Shown here in pieces: positions 28,615 through 36,229 of a DNA stretch of 36,229 bases; position 1 is the stretch's first letter; each line of letters begins with the position of its first letter. The position numbers and the translations under genes are program-made. The stretch covers positions 1 through 36,229 of the forward strand of contig LRSL01000092.1 in assembly GCA_001563335.1 (NCBI GenBank), read 5' to 3'. The notes beneath the pieces are model-generated. The model saw only the letters and a program-made list of their open reading frames with translations. It made no database searches and had not been told where the DNA came from. The DNA is from Candidatus Thorarchaeota archaeon SMTZ1-45 (GTDB lineage Archaea > Asgardarchaeota > Thorarchaeia > Thorarchaeales > Thorarchaeaceae).

Positions 28615-29223
28615 CTACATCAGAGGACTTTTACTCTCCGAAAGAGCTTTTTCCAGAACAACCTCAGCGATACGAGTAAACACATTGTTGACCTCATCAC
28701 CAGTTTTCGCTGAAGTTTCAAAATACTCTGCTTGGAACCAGTCGCGCAGCATTAATCCAGGCTCTTGAGGAACCATTCTAATGTCTGCAAGGTCTATTTT
28801 ATTGGCGCTGATGATGACCGGTGACGCAGGACAGACCTCTTTGAATGATTCAAACCAATTGTTCATAGCCATGAATGTTTCAGGACGTGTGACATCATAG
28901 ACAATAATCGCACCTGAAGCGCCTTTCATGAATTGTCTTCTTAGTTCCCTATATGTGGATTGACCCCCCATGTCCCAAACGTTTAGGCGAACTTTCCGAA
29001 CACTGCCCTCAGTGTCAGTCACATCAATGTCTTTAGTTGCGAAGGTCGTTCCAATAGTTTGTTTGTATTCTTCATCAAAGACATTCTCGGTATATCGCCT
29101 TACAAGCGATGTCTTACCTACGGCTGCCTCTCCTAGTAAGACTACTCGAAACTTGTATCCTTCGAACCCATCTGATGTGTCTGTATCAGACATGGTTTCT
29201 GAAGTTTCGTTTCTCTGAGTCAT
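28615..29223 (-). CDS. Rab-like small GTPase
   Basis: G1 GEAAVGKT, TIG, WDMGGQ, NKID, ETSAK and VYDVT. Confidence 0.93.
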   Translation of the reverse strand: MTQRNETSETMSDTDTSDGFEGYKFRVVLLGEAAVGKTSLVRRYTENVFDEEYKQTIGTTFATKDIDVTDTEGSVRKVRLNVWDMGGQSTYRELRRQFMKGASGAIIVYDVTRPETFMAMNNWFESFKEVCPASPVIISANKIDLADIRMVPQEPGLMLRDWFQAEYFETSAKTGDEVNNVFTRIAEVVLEKALSESKSPLM

Positions 29224-29327
29224 AGATTAGCAACTCCAGGTTGTCGCTCTCCGGACGTGCTTTCACACTTCACGAGACTTGTTTTATATCTTTTCTGCGG
29301 AGATTCAAAAGGATTTACTACAGCTCT

Positions 29328-31007
29328 TTATGTAAACCATTCAGTAATTCTATGCATAATTAACTCAAAAGCTATGACTGGATATCCAATTCCGAAATTT
29401 GAGAGTATCATCGGAGAAATCTCACCAAAGGAGCCGCATACTTCACCATCAATCTTTATGCACGCAGATCTACCTTCGATAAAGTCTGAGCTATCCTCTG
29501 ATTCAAATGTGAAACGTTCATCCAATCCAAGATTTCTCAAAAGAAATCCTATCTCGGTCATGAGATTGGTAATATTCACTTTAACATCTGTAACCAAACC
29601 GCATACCGACGTAACTTGGTCTACACATGTTTCCTGTGTATCATCAGGAATTGCTACATCTCCCACTTCATAGATTTTTTGGGGATAGTCTGTATGTTGG
29701 TTCTGCGAAGCGAATTCAAGAACAACAGGCAAGAGTGAGTTACGCAAGACGGAGTAGTTGCGACTCTTTGGATTTCCTGTAGTTACCAAAGGTCTTTTGC
29801 GTAACATTTTATCATTGAGCAATTCCGGAGAACTCATGATATAGTTCATGATCTCCTGATAACCCATTCCAACCATGAGGTCTCGAACCTTGTTCTTGAT
29901 TCGAGTCACGTGATTAAGCTTGCCCGTCGTCATTGTTTGGGGCATTCTAGGTTCAAGTCTGTCGAAACCATAGCCAATAGCTACATCCTCTATTATATCA
30001 ACGGGATGAAGAATGTCCATTCTGAATTTGGGAATCATAACTTGAACTTGATCAGTTTGTGTCAATTTGGCTCCATAGCCCATTCTTTCAAGAGCTTGGA
30101 CAATCTGTTTTTCCGTCATATTTAGTCCAATTAGTGAATTGATATCATTGATAGGAATCTTCATCACTTCAGGATTGAAATTTGGAGTTTCGTCAATTGT
30201 ACCATTTGGATATACCACTGTCACAGATTCGATCTTCCCTCCTCTTTCAGCAAGAGAAGCTGTAATGATATTCAACGCTTGATGTACTGTGGGAAGATGA
30301 GTACCAGTGACTTCCACAAAGATGTTCTTAGTTTCAGTTGTAATTCGACCAAGACTATTGCTATTGATTATTGGTGGAAGACTTAATACTTGATTATTAG
30401 AGTCAAAGAGCAACGGCCATCGTTTATGCCTCTGAATGATTGATCCAAATTCAATCCCTTTTTCATGCTCAGTCATTATAGTTGGACCATCCATCTCAAC
30501 CTCATGACCCAAAGGTACGAACCTTATCTTCTCTGGTTTTTGCAATCCATAGAATACTGGAAAATTAAGATCATTATACACATAGAGACCAATGCTGGCT
30601 TTGTTTCTGTTTCTTCCATGTGTTGAAGTAAGAGCATCTTGAAGGTGCATGTATTCCTTGATTAATTCATCATCAGATGGTACTCCCCTAAGGATTGAAC
30701 AACAAATGAACGGTCTGATTTTGCTTAGTCCTGGTTTGACAATGACCTGTCTACCCGATTTCTTTACAGGGTATTTCTTCAATCCAGTTTCAATGCATAA
30801 GAATGACCTAACTGCCCGAGCAATACCCTCAGCTGATAACATGTCCTGACGGTCTGGATTCACCTCTATCTCAATGATATTTCCATCTACTTTTTCAACC
30901 TCTGCTTTCACTAAAAATAGAGTGTCTTCTAATTGTTTAAGGGTTAGTTTTTTCCCAATCAATGAAAGAAGGTCGTCAATCCTACATTCTACAATCATAG
31001 CAATCAC
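29328..31007 (-). CDS. pheT: Phenylalanine--tRNA ligase beta subunit (archaeal type)
   Basis: DRQDMLSAEG, LSLPPIINS, RMDILHPVDIIEDVAIGYG and LRNSLLP. Confidence 0.96.
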   Translation of the reverse strand: MIAMIVECRIDDLLSLIGKKLTLKQLEDTLFLVKAEVEKVDGNIIEIEVNPDRQDMLSAEGIARAVRSFLCIETGLKKYPVKKSGRQVIVKPGLSKIRPFICCSILRGVPSDDELIKEYMHLQDALTSTHGRNRNKASIGLYVYNDLNFPVFYGLQKPEKIRFVPLGHEVEMDGPTIMTEHEKGIEFGSIIQRHKRWPLLFDSNNQVLSLPPIINSNSLGRITTETKNIFVEVTGTHLPTVHQALNIITASLAERGGKIESVTVVYPNGTIDETPNFNPEVMKIPINDINSLIGLNMTEKQIVQALERMGYGAKLTQTDQVQVMIPKFRMDILHPVDIIEDVAIGYGFDRLEPRMPQTMTTGKLNHVTRIKNKVRDLMVGMGYQEIMNYIMSSPELLNDKMLRKRPLVTTGNPKSRNYSVLRNSLLPVVLEFASQNQHTDYPQKIYEVGDVAIPDDTQETCVDQVTSVCGLVTDVKVNITNLMTEIGFLLRNLGLDERFTFESEDSSDFIEGRSACIKIDGEVCGSFGEISPMILSNFGIGYPVIAFELIMHRITEWFT

Positions 31008-32516
31008 CTACCTAACGAAATAGCTCCTCCTAAGCCAATTCAAATCTCGTGAAAAGAGATCTCTGATGTCATTGATTCCCATTGAAGCCATATAGAGTCG
31101 TCCAGCTCCAATCCCCCATGCAAGTACTGGATCCCTAATTCCAAGAGGCTGTGTAACCTCAGGCCTAAAAATTCCTGAGCCTCCTAACTCTATCCATCCT
31201 ATCTCTTTGTGTTTTCCGAAGGTTTCTACACTTGGCTCTGTGAATGGGAACTGACCTGGTTTAAACTTTAACTTTTCAATACCCACTCCCTTACATATCG
31301 AGGTCAGATATCCCAAAAGATCTCTTAGTGCAAGTCCTTTATCCATGATAATACCTTCACACTGGTCAAACTCCTGTGCATGAGTTGCACTGAGAGTTTC
31401 AGATCTGAAGTTGCGATCAATGATGAACATTTTCTGGGGACTCTCGCGATGTTCATAGAGATACCGCATTGATACAGGTGTTGTGTGCGGTCGTAGACAA
31501 AGGCGTGTTGCTACTTCTTTACTATAAGGCCAATCCCATCCCTTTGATCCAGTGTTTCCTCCATTCTCATGTACTGCCTTAACTTCTCTATAGTATTTCT
31601 TGTCGAGAATGTGTCCATGGTCATACGGATCAGATATACGGAATTGATCTTGAACCTCTCTTGCAACATGATCTTGAGGAACAAAGAGTGTGTCGTGAGC
31701 CCAGAATTCAGTTTCCACATATGGTCCATACCATTCAGTGAAACCCAAACCAACCATAATCTCTCTCAACCAATCATTGAACTCCGCATATGGGTGCTTT
31801 TTCCCATAATTACCATAGGCTGGTTTGATGTCAACATTATACGGTCTAAATGATACATTTCTCCATGCATCACTGGCAAGTAACTCGGGAGTGAGGTTTC
31901 CAATACCTTTCACTCCCACTTCGATTAACTGCTCAATCTCCCTGATCTCTGCCTGCACAATTTCAGCTTCGAATTTCTTAGTGACAATCTCATAGACTAG
32001 TTTCCTTTCCAAGGCTTGTTTCAAAGATTCTGCATATTTCTCTGAAAGTGTTCCTTTTCCAGTGGAGAGATCCTCCAACAAATCAGAAACATCCCATTGG
32101 TCTAGTTCCACTAAACATTGCAGGACCGTAGTGCCCTCCTCTTTGGATATTTGTAGCCATTCATTTTTTCGAGCCCAATTCATTGCGATTCCTTTGGTTT
32201 CTGCATCAAGCCCTGCTTTGCCAACAGCGTCATCGAAAGAGGCTTTTCCCCCTAAACTCTTCACTGCATTAAAAAGTCGGATTTCTGGAAGTCCTATGTC
32301 AGCGTATTCAATTCCCTCGTCTGTGAGCGAATATGAAACAATCTCTCTTGCATGAATCTTTACAAGATTACGGCTAGCAAGAGAGTTGAGAATAGATATC
32401 ACACGCTCCTCCCCCTGCTTTAGATTACTAGCAAGTTGTGAGGTTTGTACGCGCTGGCTAAGGTTCAAAAGCTCTCTGAGTACTTCTCTTTCTCCTTCTG
32501 TCAGCTTGTCACTCAT
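31008..32516 (-). CDS. pheS: Phenylalanine--tRNA ligase alpha subunit (archaeal type)
   Basis: GLPE, GKKHP, LRPHTT, FRSE, FPFTEPS, ELGGSGIFRPEV and AWGIG. Confidence 0.96.
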   Translation of the reverse strand: MSDKLTEGEREVLRELLNLSQRVQTSQLASNLKQGEERVISILNSLASRNLVKIHAREIVSYSLTDEGIEYADIGLPEIRLFNAVKSLGGKASFDDAVGKAGLDAETKGIAMNWARKNEWLQISKEEGTTVLQCLVELDQWDVSDLLEDLSTGKGTLSEKYAESLKQALERKLVYEIVTKKFEAEIVQAEIREIEQLIEVGVKGIGNLTPELLASDAWRNVSFRPYNVDIKPAYGNYGKKHPYAEFNDWLREIMVGLGFTEWYGPYVETEFWAHDTLFVPQDHVAREVQDQFRISDPYDHGHILDKKYYREVKAVHENGGNTGSKGWDWPYSKEVATRLCLRPHTTPVSMRYLYEHRESPQKMFIIDRNFRSETLSATHAQEFDQCEGIIMDKGLALRDLLGYLTSICKGVGIEKLKFKPGQFPFTEPSVETFGKHKEIGWIELGGSGIFRPEVTQPLGIRDPVLAWGIGAGRLYMASMGINDIRDLFSRDLNWLRRSYFVR

Positions 32517-32838
32517 ATATCAATCAAAACTCCTACGAATACTGGGTTAAGTCTAGATGTTTCCGCCTCATTCTCACTACTAAGATACAATAAATTGCCC
32601 CTCATAGGCTGGATGTAAATTGGCGGTTATCCATCCGTCCTTCACCTGTTTTAGGCAGAAACTATGTCCTCACCTTTTTAATCTGTCGCAAAAGTGGCAG
32701 CATATGATTGAATGTTACTTTTGTGGAATCGCTATGTCGTAACGTTAAAATATACTCACTCTGGGTTCTCAATTGGTAGATTTGAACTACTTCTGATTTT
32801 GAATAATCAGCACAACCGCAGAAAAAAGGTGATGAAGA

Positions 32839-33918
32839 GTGTCCTTGGATCGATATAGGTTAAAGCGCAAAATTGAGAAGCTAAAAGCTTACCAAGGACG
32901 CCATAGCTCTTTCACAACAATCTATGTTCCACCTACAAAGAATCTTGTTGATGTCATTAGTTTTGTTAGAACTGAACTGGCTGGTGCAGATAATATCAAG
33001 AGTAAAGCAAATAGGAAGAATGTTTCAGACAACCTCACTGCAATTCTGAGCGAACTCACAAAGATCAGCGAAATCCCTGAGAATGGAATTGCGTTCTTTT
33101 ATGGGATTCAAGAGGAAGGAGGAACGAATGAAGAGATACGCGAGATCGTAATTCCACCTTCACCCATCTCACAGTTCTTCTACCTCTGCGGTCGTGAATT
33201 CGTAACAGATGAACTCGAATCCATGACTCAACCCAAAAGTTTGGTTGTGATTGTGTTGATTGAAGGTGGTAAGGTTACCATAGGCTATCTTCGTGGAAAA
33301 CACATGGAACTTGTTCGTGACGAGGATTTCTATATCATTGGCAAAACGAGAGCTGGTGGTCAAAGTGCAAAACGGTATTTGAGAATTCGTGAAGAAAAGA
33401 TGATGGAGTTCTTCAAATATGTTGGCCGTATTCTGAATGAGCTTCTCGTTGATAATCTGGATAATGTTGATGCAATTGTGTTGGGTGGTAACACCATTCG
33501 GTGTCAAGAGTTTTTAGAAAAAGGTGATTTGGACTATCGTTTAAGAGAGAAGATTGCAGAAACGATTATTCCCGTCAGTGTCATTGATGAAACAGGTCTC
33601 TATCAAGCAATGAAAGAAGCATCTCGAATTCTTCGAGAAACAGAGATCTATGCTGAACGGCAGACATGGGATAGCTTTATGGCTGATCTTATGAAGGGGC
33701 TCACTAATATAACATATGGTAAGGAGGAAGTAATGGAAGCACTTCGAAGCGGTCGTGTAGAAACTATCATGGTTTCAGAGGATCTTGCAGAACAGATGGA
33801 TGAATTATATGAAGAAACTTCAACTTATGGGACCCAACTTCTAGTTTTTTCAAATCAGACAGAATCCGGAGCGCAGCTAAAAGCGTTTGGTGGGATGGCT
33901 GCAAGGTTACGTTGGTAA
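32839..33918 (+). CDS. prf1: Peptide chain release factor aRF1 (short form, variant decoding motifs)
   Basis: NIKS, YLCGREF, GGQS and FGGMAARLR; SD AGGTGA before GTG. Confidence 0.9.
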   Translation: MSLDRYRLKRKIEKLKAYQGRHSSFTTIYVPPTKNLVDVISFVRTELAGADNIKSKANRKNVSDNLTAILSELTKISEIPENGIAFFYGIQEEGGTNEEIREIVIPPSPISQFFYLCGREFVTDELESMTQPKSLVVIVLIEGGKVTIGYLRGKHMELVRDEDFYIIGKTRAGGQSAKRYLRIREEKMMEFFKYVGRILNELLVDNLDNVDAIVLGGNTIRCQEFLEKGDLDYRLREKIAETIIPVSVIDETGLYQAMKEASRILRETEIYAERQTWDSFMADLMKGLTNITYGKEEVMEALRSGRVETIMVSEDLAEQMDELYEETSTYGTQLLVFSNQTESGAQLKAFGGMAARLRW

Positions 33919-33919
33919 T

Positions 33920-34336
33920 CTATCCTTTTGGTGGACTAGGCATACCTCTCAGTGTTTCGATATCTTCAATCCACTTAGCTAATTCAATACTTATACCATT
34001 GATATACTCTAGAAGTGCTTGCTGATACTTTCGTAAATGCTGCTGTTCGAGCTTCTGTGATTTCGATAAGAAGTCTTTCGAACGTCTTGGAAAACCAATC
34101 GACCATTGTTGAAGATTGAGTTCAGCCTTTCTATCCTCAAGTATCTTCTTGGCTATCCTGATTGTTCGCCGCTTGGAAATAAGGTCTTCAAGTAATTTCT
34201 GTAGAGTTATTGTTGCTGCAACAAGTTCCTTTGCATCTAGCTTTGTGTCTTGATCACGACTTGTATAATATACACGTTTGAGGTCTCTTTTAGCAGTCAT
34301 CACATGAGTTAGGAGTCTTGTCAATGAATGAACCAT
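33920..34336 (-). CDS. Hypothetical basic alpha-helical protein (138 aa)
   Basis: ATG 34336 after AAGGTG avoids overlap with the upstream gene; amphipathic helices. Confidence 0.65.
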   Translation of the reverse strand: MVHSLTRLLTHVMTAKRDLKRVYYTSRDQDTKLDAKELVAATITLQKLLEDLISKRRTIRIAKKILEDRKAELNLQQWSIGFPRRSKDFLSKSQKLEQQHLRKYQQALLEYINGISIELAKWIEDIETLRGMPSPPKG

Positions 34337-34403
34337 GGCACCTTTTTGTTGATTCTGTAACGTAAAAAGGTCTGTGTTGTTGTATTCCTTCGCACAACGG
34401 ATT

Positions 34404-35063
34404 TTATGTAAGAGAATAGTTGCATCGATCACTGCTATATGGACAGACTCTGCAGCGGTTTGCCTCATTAGTTGGCTTTGGCTTTCTTCCATTATACCAT
34501 ACTTCATCCAATCTCTGCAATTTTTTAAGCACCCTGTTTGGTTTGAATTTAATCACGAATGTTTTTCCATCACTACATCGCCAACACAGATTTGTTAATC
34601 TTTTAGCCAGACATCTCTTAGCTTTTTCTTGAAGACAATATATTATTACAAGTCTTGTTGATGAGCATGATACACCACCCTCAAGGAGGGCAAGTGCATA
34701 TAATCCTGCTTGAAACACATCTTCTGATCTTGCTTCTCGAGGAAGATATGTCATAGGAAATTTGCGTTCTATAATGCAGTCCAAAATTGGTGCTTCCTCC
34801 AAATGGAGAACTCCTCCATCGAGTCTGCCCATGTATCTGTGTCCCAAGGATTTTACAACTTCTTCAGAGAAGTAGTAATACTGATTGGTAACACCCCGAA
34901 TTGGTTTCATCCTAAGAAAATCTGATAGACTCCATTGAGCTGGAAGTGCTCTTTCTATTTTCCTTCTAGTGCTTGAAAATCCAATGCTTGGATATGATGC
35001 AAGAAAAAGAAAAACTCCAATGAAAATGACAATCATCATTATCAAAGTAACTAAATCTCTCAT
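34404..35063 (-). CDS. N-terminally membrane-anchored Cas4/RecB-like PD-(D/E)xK nuclease, C-terminal part
   Basis: TM helix LVTLIMMIVIFIGVFLFLA; GRLD, IIERK, QAGLY and CRVCPYxxxxC. Confidence 0.75.
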   Translation of the reverse strand: MRDLVTLIMMIVIFIGVFLFLASYPSIGFSSTRRKIERALPAQWSLSDFLRMKPIRGVTNQYYYFSEEVVKSLGHRYMGRLDGGVLHLEEAPILDCIIERKFPMTYLPREARSEDVFQAGLYALALLEGGVSCSSTRLVIIYCLQEKAKRCLAKRLTNLCWRCSDGKTFVIKFKPNRVLKKLQRLDEVWYNGRKPKPTNEANRCRVCPYSSDRCNYSLT

Positions 35064-35067
35064 ATAA

Positions 35068-35298
35068 TCACCAGAAGATCCACAAGAACCCCATAATCGA
35101 GGTCAGAATGATTATCAGCAGGGGCAAGAGCTTTCTCTCCGACCTCTCTCTATTTTCTCCCTTTGACTTCATGTTAATGTACTGGTGTAATTCATTTCCA
35201 GTAATGCTTGCCAAAGAATGGATGTCTCCAAACTGTTGCTTAAGATGCAGTCGATATTCACACTGATACTGTGTTCTCAAGTCTGATACATCTCGCAT
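35068..35298 (-). CDS. Cas4-like N-terminal fragment with C-terminal TM helix
   Basis: VSDLRTQYQCEYR and GNELH motifs, then LLPLLIIILTSIMGFLWIFW. Start is ATG 35298 or TTG 35337. Confidence 0.68.
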   Translation of the reverse strand: MRDVSDLRTQYQCEYRLHLKQQFGDIHSLASITGNELHQYINMKSKGENRERSERKLLPLLIIILTSIMGFLWIFW

Positions 35299-35465
35299 CT
35301 TGTAAAAAGGTCCTTTTTCAGCATCTGTCAACCTCAAGGTTGGTCGTAGTAATGTTTTAGATAATCCTACAAAAGGACCACACCTCTGACCAAACAGTAG
35401 AGATTCACTTATATTCGAGTTTGAGGAGTTACATCAACAGGATTTCGCTACGGAGACAAATGCTG

Positions 35466-35888
35466 ATGTCAGACGAAACCTATGAAGGTGCTACTGCCGG
35501 AAAAGTACTAGTTTTTGATGAAAGTGAGACTGTAAAATTTCCAACAGCTTTTAAGAACGCTATGGGGACTGGTCAAGGTCTAATGGTGCTTGTACACAAA
35601 GACAGGCTCATTAAGATATTTCCTCTTGAGAGTGATGAAGTGTTATTTCTCAGTCTTGAGATTGGTAAATTAACCAACGACTTCTTGACTAAACTCTCTC
35701 AAATTTTCAAGAGGGCAGGTCTCGTTGATCTATTGTTCTCAACGGGAGTATGTCTCCGAGGAACAAGATGTTTCTATGAATGCTACTTCAATCCTGGACA
35801 ACTCAGTTCAGATATTTCAGAACTAGAAAACTCTCTCAAAGTTCTGGATGGAGTTCAAAGAGTCGTAATTGATCAAGTTTCAGTCTAA
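35466..35888 (+). CDS. Hypothetical protein, AbrB-like N-terminus plus ACT-like C-terminus
   Basis: FDESETVKFPTAFKNAMG resembles AbrB; FLTKLSQIFKRAG...LENSLKVLDGVQRV resembles ACT. Confidence 0.55.
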   Translation: MSDETYEGATAGKVLVFDESETVKFPTAFKNAMGTGQGLMVLVHKDRLIKIFPLESDEVLFLSLEIGKLTNDFLTKLSQIFKRAGLVDLLFSTGVCLRGTRCFYECYFNPGQLSSDISELENSLKVLDGVQRVVIDQVSV

Positions 35889-35932
35889 TTTGGGTTTCAA
35901 TTTCCTCACGCAGCAGCATTGGTGCATTTGAC

Positions 35933-36229
35933 ATGCAGGATATTGTCCAATTTATCATGGAGATGATTAGTCAAGGGTACCTAGGACTTTTCATCATCTG
36001 CTTTGCAATTAACATGATTCCTTTCCTGAGTCCTAGTAATATGGTCCTTGCGGGAGCTGCTGTATTGACCTTGTCTATTCTGACACCTATGGGACTAGTA
36101 GAAGCAGTCATCATAGGGATTATCGTTGCTATTACGGCCACACTGGCAAAACTAATCCATTTCTATGTTGTCCGGGGATCAAGAGCTATTCTCTCTGAAG
36201 AGCGCTTAAGGTCTCTTGACTCAGAAAAG
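35933..36229 (+). CDS. DedA/VTT-like membrane protein, truncated by the window end (not in ORF track)
   Basis: MQDIVQFIMEMISQGYLGLFIICFAINMIPFLSPSNMVLAG...ATLAKLIHFYVVRG; frame is open to the window end. Confidence 0.7.
   Translation, partial: MQDIVQFIMEMISQGYLGLFIICFAINMIPFLSPSNMVLAGAAVLTLSILTPMGLVEAVIIGIIVAITATLAKLIHFYVVRGSRAILSEERLRSLDSEK

Noticed and set aside
33700-33918. Short aRF1 C-terminal domain read as a pseudogene or as pelota
   Set aside because: NIKS and GGQ identify it as aRF1, the C-terminal FGG..A.LR motif is intact, and short forms lacking the mini-domain are known in other archaea.
661-34632. Numerous 60-150 aa ORFs nested in or antisense to well-supported genes
   Set aside because: Shadow ORFs with no motifs, fully overlapping confident CDSs.
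34404-35337. CRISPR-Cas locus
   Set aside because: Only Cas4-like motifs are present; no cas1/cas2, effector genes or repeat-spacer array were seen.

Overview
Gene-dense archaeal chromosomal segment. It is most likely from an Asgard archaeon (Thorarchaeia-like); this is inferred from radA, top6AB, aRF1, archaeal pheST, cofE and a geranylgeranyl reductase occurring alongside two Rab-like GTPases, a Roadblock protein and a SNAP/TPR-like protein. Most genes are housekeeping or metabolic. I found no rRNA, tRNA, CRISPR array or transposase. Three things stand out. (1) The apparently empty 1.1 kb gap at 9.6-10.7 kb holds a tandem array of unannotated small ORFs; three of them share the motif [IL]-x-T-x-A-[IL]-T-x-A-Y and end in Arg. 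They sit among repeated TGGTCACAA/GTCAC boxes upstream of an MFS transporter. (2) A Cas4/RecB-like nuclease is split over two adjacent genes, each carrying its own transmembrane helix, with the four putative Fe-S cysteines divided 1+3 between them. (3) The topoisomerase VI A (Spo11-family) subunit has a ~390 aa N-terminal extension of Lys-rich tracts and two RadA-N-like HhH domains, and lies close to radA. Also notable are a twin-Rab locus, an aRF1 with altered stop-decoding motifs, and a split PH/GRAM-like zinc-ribbon protein. All family calls come from motif recognition by eye, not database searches.
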